In this document: positions 15,066-32,629 of the stretch, piece after piece
How positions within the stretch are numbered: position 1 is the first letter of the stretch
Layout: the number at the start of each line of letters is the position of its first letter
Assembly: GCF_009914755.1 (NCBI RefSeq)
Contig: NC_060931.1
Strand: one strand, 5' to 3'
Source of the DNA: the human T2T-CHM13v2.0 reference genome, Homo sapiens
DNA: 64,000 nucleotides
Notes under the pieces: generated by a model
What the model was told of the DNA's origin: nothing
What the model saw: only the letters and a program-made list of their open reading frames with translations
The model's database searches: none
Program-made: the position numbers and the translations under genes

Positions 15066-15248
15066 CAGTGATTTTCAACTCTGGCTGCACATTAGAATCA
15101 ACTGGAGAGTTTATAAACAAAATGAACGCACAGGCTCCTCTTGTGGGTGAGGCCTGGAGTGTCTGTAATTCCTTTTTGTTGTTGTTGTTGTTGTTGTTTT
15201 AAAGCTTCCCAGGTGATCTGAATGTGCAACTAGGATTGAGTCTCACTG
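15066..15248. mobile_element. MER5A-like
   Basis: cagtgattttcaactctggctgcacattagaatca...cccaggtgatctgaatgtgca. Confidence 0.7.
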
Positions 15249-16072
15249 TATCACTGTATTAGGGGCTCAATAAATGTTGACTAAAGGATGAGGAGTGGAG
15301 ACAGTAAGTACAAATTATTCTTGAAAAAAATTGGTAGTGAAACAAAAGAGAAAAATATGTATTACTACTTTGTTTTTTCCTGCTATTTCATTTTAAGAAT
15401 ACTTTTTTTTTGTAAGAGAACATTCTAGGGTGTATAAGGGAAATGATTCAGAAGGGAAAAGGAAATTGAAAACGTAAGATAAAGAATAGTTTACATAACT
15501 TACTTTCTTTTAGTTGATGATAATGCCTACTTTGGATTCATGGGTTTCTTCATATTTTAAATAAATGGTAAAAACATATTTAAAGAAGAATCAATGTTGA
15601 GTTCTTTAGATGACCCAGTTTCAGGTTAAGTGCTGTGGGCCCTGTTTTTAATTACCAATCAAAATGATAATTATAAAGGAAAAAAATTTAGAGGAAAACT
15701 TATTAAAACAAATTACCACTCTTAAGTTTACCCATATTAAGATAAATTCACCTGACACACAGACATGTGATAGTGATCACTTGGTCATAAACTATTTAAA
15801 TGTCATAAAGTTCAAAAAAGTGGTTTTTTCCTCCGGTTTTACCTCTAATTCTCAAAAGACATAGCCATTTTTTAGAGAGCTGTGGAAGACAACTTCAAAT
15901 AATTCTTTTAGTTGAAGTGGAAAAGTGCATAGTGGCTCCTTTAATTTTACTACCAGTGTCTAAAGCAGTGACCCTTTTTGGTGTTACATTTTCTTGAGAA
16001 TCAAGTAAAACCTATAAGTCATTTCTCAAGAAGACTAGACACTTCAAATTTTACATCTGAAGTCCCTTAGGG

Positions 16073-16235
16073 CATGGGTGCAATATCTGGTCACCTTTCA
16101 GAATCACGTGGAGAGATTTTCTAAAACATAGATTTCTAGGTCCCCATTCTCTGGAGATAGATTCACTGGGTCTGGAATAGAGGGTGGGAATCTGTATTTT
16201 TTCCAAGCTTTCCAGGTGAGTCTGACTGCCGTTCA
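16073..16235. mobile_element. MER5A-like
   Basis: cagaatcacgtggag...tgggtctggaatagagg...ccaggtgagtctga. Confidence 0.6.
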
Positions 16236-17630
16236 TATCTGAAAAATTCCTACCCTAATGTCTCCTTCCTTGATCATGGCGGCCCATACCATGTGGAAAT
16301 TATAGGGGCTCTAGGTAGGATTCTCAGATAAAATACTGATGCCTCAGTAAATTTGAATTTAAGCTAAACGGTGAGTCATTTTTAGTATAGCTATTTCCCA
16401 TAGTAGTGTACCTTTGGACTGCTGGAGAGTGCAGGGTCCTTTGCTTCTAAATTTAATGGCTCTAGATGGCTGTTTGGGGGTTTTGTTTTTTGTTGTTGTT
16501 TTTTGGTGGTGTGTATGTGTGTACATGTATGTCTGTGTGCTACCATGCACATACATTGTCTGCTTTTTATACTTTCATCTCCTTTAAACCTTGCTTAAGG
16601 TTTAAAAAAATTTTTTTTAATTTTTGTTAGTTTACCATTTTTATAGCTGCTTTGGTGAGGACTCTATTTCCTGTTAAGGAATTGTTTTCTTCAGACAGTT
16701 TTAAAATCTCCTGGAACTCAAGTTTTACCTTAGTGTTTGAAAACATGTTGCCAAATGTTCAGCAAAGGCACTAGAACAATCTGGAGAATTCATGGACATA
16801 AGCAGGTGAAGTAACATTAATTTTGCCATCTATTTCTGTAAATTGTGGTAATGATTGACAACCCACAGTAAACTCTCACGTTGTACCCTCATGTTCTAGA
16901 TGGTAATTATAAAACTGAAGTAGCACTACCAATTGCTTCTGACTTCCAGTAATAAACACATCTTGAAGAGGTGACATAGGCTGAGGGAACCCAGTCACTT
17001 CCACCTGTGGTACTTCACCATGGAGCTTGTCTTTGCTTGAGAAAGGTACATTCTGTACCATTAATGCAAAGAGTGACACAGTCAAGGATTGCAAGGCAGA
17101 AAGATACATGTGAAGCTTATGTTCATCCAGCCCTCCTTCCCTTTGTTCTCTTTCCCTGATAAGTTTTTCAGTCTTATTCAGCAATGTAGGTGTAAGATTG
17201 TACATTTCCAAATTCCATATTCCAAGTATCATAGGCCATTAAAAGTACTAGATGTTTTGCACTCACTACTTTTTCTGAGATATCACTCAAGGCCAAAGGC
17301 AACAATTCAAAAACCTGCTGATACTTGCCTGGTTCATCAGGGTATCCCATAATGATACCAAGGCTTTTGATCACAGCTTCTCATATCAAATATGCTTTAC
17401 CTTCCATTTAAGGAGGACCAGGGAGTTAGGAACTTCTTGAGGAAAGTAAGGCACCACTACTCCACAGGATTTAGCTACAAGTAGTGTCCTTTTTGGGTCT
17501 TTGTGACTCACCTCTTCCCATCACTGTGGTAAATGTTCGGCTTCTGCATGTGTTGGTCCGACATGATGTGTGAATGCCGTAACACCAGTTAGTATCACTT
17601 GCCTTGGCTCTTTATCTGGCCTCTTGATCA

Positions 17631-18299
<669 letters not shown>

Positions 18300-18666
18300 T
18301 CAACATTATCTGGTTTTGAAAGATGAATATCCTTTTTTTTTTTTCTTTCCTTGCCTGAACTGTTTATGACTGAAATCTGTTCATTTTCTTCAGAGTCTTG
18401 TAGGGATTCCAAAGAAGGTTGAATGGAATCACAAACTACCAAATGGCAAAGTGTTCATTTTTGAGGATGGCCATTTTAGGTCTTCTAATTTGCTCCATCA
18501 AAGAACATTTCTCACTATTTAATAAATTAATTTTATCTTCCCAATTTGTGTACTAACAAGGAGTTCTCTACAGGTTGAGGAGTAGAAACAAGTGAAAGAA
18601 GATTGCCTAAAATTGATATAAGAGCTTCTAATTCATTTTCTTTCACTCCACTAGCAATATCCATAA

Positions 18667-19030
<364 letters not shown>

Positions 19031-19157
19031 AAATTGGACATTTTAAAATGTTTATGTTATCCCGTAACTCAAAGTTCTGATCATTATTTTCATCTGAGGT
19101 ATTTATTGATGTAAACTTGGATTCTTCAATAAAAATTCAGTTACATAGAAGTTTAGA

Positions 19158-19455
19158 GGCCGGGCGCGGTGGCTGATGCCTGTAATCCCAGCACTTTGGG
19201 AGGCCGAGGCGGGCGGATCACGAGATCAGGAGATCGAGACCATCCTGGCTAACACAGTGAAACCCCGTCTCTACTAAAAATACAAAAATTAGCCTGGTGT
19301 GGTGGCAGGCACCTGTAGTCCCAGCTACTCAGGAGGCTGAGACAGGAGAATGGTGTGAACCCAGGAGGCGGAGCTTGCAGTGAGCGGAGTTCGCGCCGCT
19401 GCACTCCAGCCTGGGTGACAGAGAGAGACTCCATCTCAAAAAAAAAAAAAAAAAA
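19158..19455 (+). mobile_element. AluY-like inserted in the RELCH retrocopy
   Basis: TSD aagtttaga (19149-19157, 19454-19462); CpG-rich, Y-type positions. Confidence 0.92.
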
Positions 19456-19884
19456 GTTTAGAGCACTCAAGAGGTTTGACTGGCTCCTGAATTTCAGGGC
19501 TCAGTTTCTAATGTTTTCGTTCCTATGAAGGAACTTCATTTTCTGCAGCCTTTGTCAGGTTGGCTCAGATCTTCCTTAGTTAAAACGTTGTTGTATGTCA
19601 ACCACTTCTCTCCTCCCTTCACATCCATTGGCTGATAGGAAACTAGATAATCACACTTGTAAATTTATGTCTGAGATAAAAATAATATGATCTGTGGAGA
19701 ATCTCATGTTCTCTTCTAATGTTTAGACTATATTTGCTTTTAGACCTTATTTGCTTTCTTAAAACATATTTTTGAGTATCTGAATTCCTTGCTTCCTGTG
19801 TGCCTTGATATGTCCCCAGTTACATATCTTAAATTCAGGCTTCACCGGTAAGGTAAGTGAGATCTTGTTTTAATTGCCTCCTCT

Positions 19885-20374
19885 TCATTCCATTGGTGAG
19901 GGAGGGGTTCTTGCCCTGGAATTGGGAGGTTGACAGAACATACAAAACCTGACACTGGACAGATGAGATTGACAGCAGTTTATTAATCACAAATACTCAG
20001 CAGCCCAGGAGAGAGGAGACAGCACACCACGCAGGCCCACATGGGAGTTGTGCTTGAGGACGGAGTGAACAGTCAGGGGCTGTAGGAGGCAGACTTTAGT
20101 AAGTATCAAGAGGGTGGAGTGATCCCTGGTTCTCAGGACGTGATCCATTCATTGTTTGATAATTCCAAGGGCTGGCCGGGACCCAAAGCTTGCTACTCAG
20201 AGATAAGAAGGAACTGTGTCTGTTCCCTGTGATAAAAGATTGTTTGGCTAGGGGACCTTATCTGTGGGAGCAGAGTGAGGAGAACTTGCAGTTAGGCCAT
20301 TCAGGGCTCTCCCTGTTTTCCCTAAGTGTCAAGGCACACGTAATATTGAGCCTTAATTTTAGTCTTTAAACCGC
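19885..20374 (-). mobile_element. ERVL-type solo LTR (MER70-like)
   Basis: Reverse complement begins ...aaaattaaggctcaatattacgtgtgccttgacac...gataaggtcccctagccaaaca; family recalled from memory. Confidence 0.5.
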
Positions 20375-22033
20375 AAGTCTCAATAGTGCTAGCCAGTTAT
20401 CAAAGGTATTTGCTAATGATTGCTGTACTAAATAATATACCAAGAAGTTTTTAATAGTATAATTTGATCTTAGAGTTTTCCTTTCTGTATGACCTTTTCT
20501 TCTGATACTTTGCAAAGTTTAAGATATTCTGCTGCTGTGTGCAGTTTCACCACAGTAGATAAAAAGATGGCCAAATCATGTATATGAAGTGATATGGCAA
20601 GCGGGAAGACGAGAGTTCTTGTTTGAGAGACCTAATGGAGTGATAAGGCTCCAGTTCTGTGTATATGTGGGATGAGAAAGAATGGATAGGTTGTAGGAGC
20701 TAGAAAGTGGCAGAAAGATTGCAAAGGTAGTAATAGCCATTATTTGAGTGCTTGCTCTGTGCCAAGCACTTTTCTAAGTGTATTATCTCATTTACTGCTA
20801 GTGAGGAAACTGAATTTAGTTTGCTTAAGGTCATGCAGGTAGTAAGCAGTGGAGCTGTAGTCTGAATCCCTGCTTAATGTTATTTAAGAGCTTTTGCTGT
20901 TAACAGTTAATATTTTACAGCCTTAGAAGAGCCTTATATATCATGCTAAAGATTTTGAACTTAATCTTGTTGGCATTGGGGAACCATCGAGTGATCTTGA
21001 CAGGGAAGAAAAATCAGAATTTGCATTGAAAAATACCAGTCTGGTGGCAAGGTGGAAAATGAATTTTGGAGAAAGATGAGGCCAGAGGCAGGACAGCTTT
21101 ATAACAATCCAGAAACAAAGTGCCTGGGTCTGAATAAAATGGAATGGAATCAAATAAAAGGGGAATGGACTTGAGCAAGAGACACTCGCTGATCATGTGA
21201 CTGACTGTAGGAGAGAAGTGCGGAATGATTTCTAAGTAGTGGCAATAATTTTATCAGAACAGAAGGCAATACATTTGAATGATAAGTTCAAGGTATCTTT
21301 GAGGCATTTTGATGGAGATCTCTAATAGATAAATTATAGTTAGAAAAAGGATAGGATCTTTGTCTTGAATGAGGTTATGATAGGTGTGTACATTTGAGAG
21401 TTACTGTGTGGTGATGATGGAAGCAATGGAAATGGATTACCTAGAGATTTATTTTGTTCCTCACAAAAGAATCGTCATAGAAGACTTACGCTGTATTGGG
21501 AGGCAGCTATGTAAAAAGCTGAGGACTTCATCCAGAGACTTCATTCAGATCTTAATTCTGGATCTCTGTTTTCTCTTTCATAAATTAAGGGTAATATCAG
21601 CTATATCAGAATAATCATAGATAATATTTTATTAGGGCCTGAGGTATAAGAGTTGAGAAATAATGATGCATGTCATCTCCCTTAGTTTTTACCTTTGAAA
21701 ACTGAGGTTTACAGAAGTTAAAATAGAAACAAAATCTTGGCTACAGATCATTTGCCTTTACTTATGTAAAGCCCCACATCTTAACTGCGCATTGCCACCA
21801 TCTTTCTCTCCTGTGTTGCTATTACTGGTGTTTGAAGTGAGCAGGGTCAAGTGGAGGGGGAAGGGTGACATCCCAAGTAAGAAGAAAGGATGTTGATGTA
21901 TGGGAAGTGAATGCACTGCAGACAACACAGTAATACATGGGCATAAGCCACTCTTGAACAGTGTAGGACACAAAGAAACTAACATATAATCACTTGAAAA
22001 TGTCTGTATTCCAGGTCTATATTTAAGAATATT

Positions 22034-22408
<375 letters not shown>

Positions 22409-22593
22409 CTAATATTATTTATTCACCCAAGGTCACATCGCTAATGACTAGTAGAGGTTAGAAATCCAGCCTGGGTCAGTCTGGCTCCAGAGATCATACT
22501 GTAAACCATTACACCAAACTGTTTCTTTTTATTAGGATAAGTTTTTGTGATTTTTGAATGTAAATTATTTGAAAATTAACAATCTATCTACAG

Positions 22594-22949
22594 CAGCAGT
22601 CCCCAGCCTTTTTGGCACCAGGGACCCATTTCATGGAAGACAATTTTTCCACAGGGGATAGCGGGGTGGGGATGGATGGGGGAATGTTTTGGGATGAAAC
22701 TTTTCCACCTCAGATCATCAGACATTAATTAGATTCTCATAAGGAGTGCACAAACTAGATCCCTCGCATACACAGTTCACAATAGGGTGTGCATTCCTAT
22801 GAGAATCTCATGCTGCTGCTGATCTGACAGGAGACAGAGTGCAGGTGGTAATGCTTGCTTGCCCACTCCTCACCTCCCTGCTGTGTGACCGGGTTCCTAA
22901 CAGGCCCCAGACTGGTACCTGTCTGTGGCCTGGGGTTTGGGGACCCCTG
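22594..22949. mobile_element. MER1B (hAT-Charlie) with 8-bp TSD
   Basis: Termini cagcagtcccc...ggggacccctg; ATCTACAG at 22586-22593 and 22950-22957. Confidence 0.85.
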
Positions 22950-23559
22950 ATCTACAGAATTGCATTAGTGATAACTCTCAAAATGTTCATTTCATTGAAA
23001 TACTACATTCCCTCACCATTTTGAATAAATAGGAATTTATTCGTGCTTATAGATTTATTCAACCTGTAATCAGTAGCTACTGAGTACAGAGTATGGGGCA
23101 GAGGAAACAGATTCTGCCTTGAAGGGAGATTTAATGTTTATTTATTCAGCTAATATTTGAGGGTCTGCTATTTGCCAGGCACCATTCTAAGCACTCAGAT
23201 ATGGGAGTATATAGGCAGTTTCTCCCGCTCTGATTGATTTTTTTTTCTTCCCAGACTAAGTCAGTGCTACACTTTGAGGATTTTGAAAGCAGAGGGCCTG
23301 GAAAGTTGGCCAATTTTTTTTTAAAGTAAATGAAGGTAAATATATTTAACCATAGATGCCATATCAAAAAAGTACTCATTTGTCTTGCTTTATTATAAAG
23401 TCTAAACTAGAACAGTTTATTTTTGAGTTTCAAAAATCATGAGTTGGTTCAAATAATTGTAAACTTACATTTTAATTAATCAGAACTCAAGTAATTAGAA
23501 TCCTCTATTTAATCCAGAATTATTTAACTTGATTTTAAGGGGATGATGGCTCATTGTGA

Positions 23560-24192
<633 letters not shown>

Positions 24193-24648
24193 GTGACCAT
24201 GGAAAGTCTTTAAAGTCAGTTGGTGAGGAGGATTAGAATATTAATTTGCTTTCACATTACTTACATGGATATTTTTGTAGTGTTAACCAAAGCCTCTATT
24301 AAATTCTAGAATAACATCACTTCTTGCTGCCTGCTAATATTATTGAATATTTAGGGCTTTCTTGAGGAAGTCACATTCTTAACAATTACTACTTGAATGA
24401 TGACTGCTAACTTCTTTTTATCCATATAACAGTATAATAAAAAAGAAATAGAGCCCTATCGCACATCAGACACAAAAATCAATCCTGGACAGATTGAAGA
24501 ACTAAGTACAAAGAGCAAAACTTTAAAGTTAGAAAAAATACAGGAGAAACCATGCAACCTCAGAGTAGAGAAGGAATTTTTTTCCCCAGTCTTTAAATAC
24601 TTGACTGTATTCAGGGCATTCTTTTACAAAACTACAGTACAATTATCA

Positions 24649-25640
<992 letters not shown>

Positions 25641-27429
25641 ATGGGTTGCTTGAAGAATTATTATTATTATTTTTTTTTACAAAAAAGTAAGCCCATAAGA
25701 AAAACAAGATACGAAAAAATATTGTTTGACAGTAATACGTTTGTATTGTCTCAGACAGTTGATGGGCAGAAATTATTTTTTTTCTCAGGGCTCACATGTA
25801 TTTTGGATATTTTTTGAACACCCCAATTTTATCTTCTGTATAGGTCACTTTATAGTGACTAGTGATGTGTGCTCTTCTACAAGAAGCGCAATAGAATGGA
25901 GCATATTTTTTATGTTATATTTGTTACTTATGTGTATATTTCATACCACATAATATTTGGAATCAAGAGAAAAAATGTAATTTCAAGATTTAACTCAGGT
26001 TATACTTGAATCTCTATAGGTTAACTTTTCAAAACCACTCTATACTTCTTGATGTGATTGTTGTGAGGTATGCTTGTCAGCTGCCAGGGACTTTATCATG
26101 GAGGGATAGAGTTAATCTCCCACCTGTAGCCACTGGTCCCCAACAAAACCATGCCCCGAAAATCCAGAATTAGATTAGAAATAAAATAAAACTAATAACT
26201 CTTTCGTGATTTTGACTCCAGTTTGTCCAGAATTGACTTTGAAGAATAACATGTGGAGGAAGATGGTGGATAAGGAAAAAAAACATTTAGCAGTGGGCCT
26301 AGAAATGTATCTAATAACTCACTAGATTCTTTTTAAAAAGCTATAATTCCCAACGGTAAATAGAATGTATTCACTTACCCTCCATGTTTGTTAGATAAAC
26401 TTTAAGGAAATACATTTGTAATTATTTTCAGAAATTCTACTCTTGGGACCTACCTATTGTTAACTGGTATTTTTTTTTTCTTTTTTGCATTTAGAAATGA
26501 GCTAGAATAAATAATTTTTAAAATTAAAGTCAGCGAGGAGGAATGTTGAGTCTGTAGCAGTGGATAAAAAATACCTGGATGGTTGAACAATATCTTCTTA
26601 GGAAAACAGTCAAAACTTTTACTGTGAGAGACATCCTTTCTTTTGTCTAGGGCCTGAGAAATCCAAAGGTCAGATTCTTACCTTTTGAAAATCAGAAAGA
26701 ACCAGATGAAAGTATTTCAGGCACGGCTGGTTTAATCCACATTGTGTTTGGGGTTCTCAGCCAGTCTGCTCCCTTGACCTCCCAACCCTTAGTGGTACTT
26801 TTGACCCACCATTCACTTTGGATGTTGTGGAAGTCCAGTAATACCTTTTGATTACTGTGTACATTTAGTGCAACAGCAAGGGCAAATAAGTTCATAGGAT
26901 AAAAATGCAGTACAGATCATTTTTGCTTTCTTGGTGAAAACCCAAAATAGAGCTGACGAAAATTCTAAATGGTATATTGCCTTTTTTGGAAACAACTAAA
27001 ATTTTTAAAGCTCAACTAGTTAAATGCATTACTAAATATGCTATATGTGTGCTGCTTGCTATCAGGAATTTAATTTAGCCAGTTTTATAGGTAGTGTTTG
27101 TATAAGTCATTAGGAGTATTAAAAATAATTACCTCAAAATTCTAAAAGTGTTCTGTTATCACATTTTTAATTTTTGCCTGTGATAGTGATCAAGACTTCA
27201 GTATAAATACTTCCTAACAACTCCTTCTCTCAATAGGAAGGGGATGGGGCAGAAAGGGGATAAGGAAATGAAGATACTTACGTAATCATAATAGACTCCA
27301 GTGTATGTTTGGCATGCACAATGGCCTATACCCTACTCTCTCCTTGCCTTTTTAAAATTGCTATTTATACTTTACATTTTAATAGTACTCTTAAACGTTT
27401 TAGAAGCAATATGTTTTGAAAACACATAA

Positions 27430-28495
27430 AAAAATTTATTTTTTCAATTAGCATATAGTGAGTACTCTTTTTTGATGACTTTTAGCACATGTATAGATCA
27501 ATGTAATCACTACCAAAATCTAGATACATACTAGTACAGTTCCATCCACCCCAGAACTCTGTTTCTTTTTCCTCGTCTCATTTCTCTGTTTGTAGTCAAA
27601 CTCTTCCCCTTCCCCACCCCTCAGCTTCTAGCAACCATTCATCTTTTCGTCATTGCTCTAATATTGTTTATTTGAGAATGTCATATATAGGGAATACTGT
27701 AGAGTTACTATGTAACCTTTTGAGATTGACTTATTTCATTCAGCATAATGCTTTTGAGGTTCATTTCAGTTGTCACATATATTAATGGTTTGTTCGTTTT
27801 TATTGCTGAGTGATATTTCATTGTGTAGATATACCATGGTTTATTTGTCTGTTCACCCATTTATGGACATTTGGGTGGTAGATTATTTCCAGTTTTGAGC
27901 AATTATGTATAAGTTTTTATATGAAAATAAGTTTGCATTTCTGAAGGGTAGATACCTAGGAGTGGGATTGCTGTGTCCTGTGGTGTGTGCTTGCTTAATT
28001 TTATAAGAAATGGCCAAACTGTTTTCCATACTGGTTGAATGATTTTGCATTTCCACAGAAATGTATGAGAGTTCCTGTTCTGCATCCTCACCAGCACTGG
28101 GTGTTATGTCCTTTTTATTTTAGCCATACTATTAGGTATGTAGTAGTATTTCGTGATTTCAATATTCATTTCTCTACTGACTAATGATATTAAGCATCTT
28201 TTTGTGCATTTATCTGTCTTATATATACTCTTTGGCGGCGAAGTGTCTATTCAAGTCCTCTGCTTACTGTTTTCTTACTTTTGGAGTCTTGTGGGTACTT
28301 TATATATTCTGAATAAAAATCCTTTGTTGAATATGCCATTTGATAATATTTTCTCCAGTTTGTAAACTTGTCTTTTCATTCTCTTAACAGAAGTCTTCCA
28401 CAGAGCAGGTTTTACATTTTGAATAAGTCCAGCTCACTAGTTTTTTTTTTGTTGTTGTTGTTGTTTTTAATGGATCATGGTTTTGGTATCATGTC
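27430..28495 (-). mobile_element. Old L1M (ORF2 end / 3' UTR)
   Basis: tacctaggagtgggattgctg, ccaaactgttttccatactggttg; ORF 27903..28097 is L1-like (QPVWKTVW). Confidence 0.8.
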
Positions 28496-29225
28496 TGTGT
28501 GTGGACAAAACACCTATGTTTTTTTTTTTGTATTCTCCCACTCAGCACAACAATCAACACAGAACACTTCTGTGACCCAGTGTTTGGTGGGGAGAGGTGG
28601 GAGTCCCCCACCAAAAATCAAGCAATCAGTTCTACAGCGGACACCAGCTGGGTGTCATGTAATTTAACTCCAATACCATCTACCTGGAGATAGTCACATC
28701 CCACAGGTGGAGGGCTGAGTCCCCAAGATTGCTCCTTCCCCCACTTCAGACACCAGTCACAAGTCCGGGCATTAGGAACTTCTGACTGACCAGCTATAGA
28801 TCCAGATTCTCAGAACCCCCTTTTCAGGTTCAATAATTTGCTAGAGTGGCCCACAGAACTCAGGGAAATGCTTACTTACATTTACCAGTTTATTGTAAAG
28901 GATACAGATGAAGAGATGCATAGGGTGAGGTATGGAGGAGGGGATCAGAGCCTCCATGCTCTCCCCAGGCACACTACCCTTCAGGAGCCTCCATGTGTTC
29001 AGCTCTTCCGAAGCTCTCCAAACCCTCTTTATGGGTTTTTATGGAGGCATTATTATGTAGGCATGATTGATTAAACCATTGGCGACTGGTAATAAACATA
29101 ACCTTCAGCCCTTCTCCCCTCCCTGGAGTGGAGGTTAGGAGGTGGGTCAGAAGTCCCAGCCCTCTAATCTTGCCTCCTCTTTCAGTGACCAGCCCCACCC
29201 TGAAGCTATCAGTCAACATTAGTTT
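28496..29225 (-). mobile_element. LTR (MER21-like)
   Basis: ggacaccagctgggtgtc, tacctggagatag, aaggatacagatgaagagatgcatagggtgaggtatgg. Confidence 0.75.
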
Positions 29226-29814
29226 GGAACACTAAGAAGTTTGAAGCAGAATCTATGATTGATGTCAGATACCAGATAGATAACAAAAAGATGATAAGAT
29301 GATAACAAAAATGGTATTTAAATTAGTGCTTACCAAGTACTTTAGATCATTTACTCTTCCCAAAAATTCTATGAGCTAGTTACTATTTTATATGCACTTT
29401 TTAGGTGAGATAGCTAAAGTAGAGGAGATTAGGTAACTGTCAGTCTGATTCCAGAACCTAAAGTTCTATTAATTACAAAATGCTGCTTCTCAAGTTCAAA
29501 ACTACAAACATTCCCTTTGTCTTAAATAGATGTTTTCTAACCTTTTGAAGGCCTTGTCATACATGTGACCTCTAACTAGGAACATCTTCATTCTAGCCAT
29601 CTATACCTTTTTTCCATGTTTCTCTCCTCTGAAAATGGTATCTGTGCTTAGATACATGTACATGCACACATAACACATACACAAACACACACAGCCATTT
29701 CCTTTTCTTTCCATTATTTTTAGTTTCTACATCAAAGCAATGATAGTGCTATCAAAGTGGTAGATATAAAAATAAATCAAGGCTTTGTTTTTGCCAAGGA
29801 TGGTCCCTTCATAC

Positions 29815-29990
29815 AGTGAGTACTTGAATGTGCATAAAAATCACCTGGAGATGTTGTTTAAATGGTGTTTCCCAGGACCTGTCTCCAGAGATTCTGATTC
29901 AGTCAGTTGGTCTGGGGCCAATGAATTTGCACTTTTGACAAGGTGCTGCTGAGGCTGCTTGCCTAAGGACTACACTTTCAGGGACACTAC
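29815..29990. mobile_element. MER5A-like
   Basis: aatcacctggag...agattctgattcagt...tggggcc. Confidence 0.6.
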
Positions 29991-30435
29991 CTCAGCTTAT
30001 TCACAGGTACCATGTAGTGTGATTGGATGGCTCCTATACATAAGGTGCTTTCACTAAACTATTATGTTGGGCACATCATCTACCCTCTCAGATATATTTT
30101 CATTAGTGATTAATCTCTTTATCAAAATAGGCTTTATTCTCTTAAAATATGCCTGTTAGCACACCTGTTGATGTTCAATCTCCTACTTGTCTTTGAACTA
30201 AGATTTCCTAAGATCTGGTCAGGTCTCCTGTTAAACCTTTTGAACTTAAACTTTTCCTTTCTCCTTTTTTTCTACATGTTTTACTAATTTGTGAGTTTTT
30301 AATCAAATATGTATGTCATTGTTCTTCATTTTATTTATGCCTAAATGCGTCTTGTCTTCACACATAGAAAATTTTGTCATTGATTTTTTTTTCACTTTAG
30401 TTTAGAAGAAATAAAATTCCTTATAAGAAATTGTT

Positions 30436-31091
<656 letters not shown>

Positions 31092-31317
31092 TCATTCAGT
31101 ATTGTATATTTTATCTACATTCAGTCTGTATGTTGTGATTATATTAAATTATTGAAACAGTAGTGATCTTAAGGTGATTGAGTGAAAAAGTATCACTGTA
31201 TTTAAAATCTTAAGCCATTTTCAGTAGAGCTTTGAAATAATATAATTTTGCATGTTTTGTGCTTATTTTAGCAGAAGCCTGTGATATGGAACATTTATAT
31301 CTTTCTTTCTGTTTCAG

Positions 31318-31381
31318 GTGCGTATAGCAGCAAAATTCATCATTCATGCCCCTCCTGGAGAATTTAATGAGGTTTTCAATG
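31318..31381 (+). CDS. CAPZA2: CAPZA2 exon 2 ([21 protein letters not shown])
   Basis: Pyrimidine tract + cag acceptor; G|gtgagt donor; 64 nt; conserved capping-protein alpha HAPPGEF motif. Confidence 0.97.
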
Positions 31382-31749
31382 GTGAGTGTTTGATTTATAA
31401 CACTAGGCTTGATATATCAAGCCCTCTTTTTAAAAGAAAACCAAAATAATCAAAATAAGCTAAGGACAGTATGCAGAAAAATCTGTGTTTTCTGAATTAC
31501 AATGACAATATGTTAGTCTGGATTTTGTAATGGCTAGAATATAATGTATTTATTTATATATGATGATTCTGTTAGCAAATTAACCCTTTTAAAGCCTGAA
31601 ATAAATTTTATTCATATCACTGACTAGAATATATCCTCATTCTGGGAAAGGAGAGTCTTTTTGGTAAATGGTTTTATTTAAGTAAAACTATAAACGCATA
31701 TAGTAGATATTTCTTCAATAGAACTCTTAAATAGTTTAAAAAGACAACA

Positions 31750-32050
31750 GGCCAGGTGCAGTGGCTCACTCCTGTAATACCAGCACTTTGGGAAGATGAG
31801 GCAGGCAGGTCACTTGAGACCAGGAGTTCGAGACCAGCCTGGGCAGTATGGTGAAACCTTGTCTCTACCAAAAAAAAAAAAAAAAAAAAAGCCAGGTGTG
31901 GTGGCATGCTCCTGTTTTGAGAGGCTGAGGTTGGGGAATCATTTGAGCTCAGGAGGTTGCAGAGAGCCGAGATCACACCCATTGCACTCTAGCCTGGGCA
32001 ACAGAGTGAGACCCTATCTCAAAAAAACAAAAACAAACAAACAAAAAAAA
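31750..32050 (+). mobile_element. Alu (AluJ-like, partial deletion)
   Basis: Dimer with expanded middle A-tract. Confidence 0.88.
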
Positions 32051-32629
32051 GTTTCATCATGACCATATATTTTTTGGAATTGTGAAAGGAATTTTTGTAT
32101 TTCTTTTAAAGAAAATCCTATGAGATCGGTATGAATAGCCAAAAGAAAAAGGGAAAAAACATTTTCATCCTGCATAGAGCATGATAGCACATGTAAAAAC
32201 AATTTGTTATTTAAATTATGTCTTGTAAATCACTTCACAGTATGCGTTCCTTTAAACTTCACTGGCAGACGTTTTTATAATTATTCACCCATAGATCTGA
32301 AATTTAAACTGCTGTAAAGTCTCCTGGTTACTATAGACTGTAGCAATAGCTGCTCCTCAGCAGTAAGAACAACATGCCTGAAAGAAAAATGGCCTGTAGT
32401 GATCTCTTTATAAAACTTCTTAAGTAGTTAGAAAAATACATTACTTTCAAGTACTATCTATAAATGTGTTGTTGTTTCTTCTTCATATACATTTGAACTT
32501 CACCGTGTCTTAAAAGTGAATTTACACAGAGCTCTTCAGTTTCCGTTTTTTAAACATTCTACTCCATAGTAAACTAGTTAAATGTTTTTTAAGAAGTTTA
32601 ATCATTTTTTTTTCTTAGTATAAGATATA

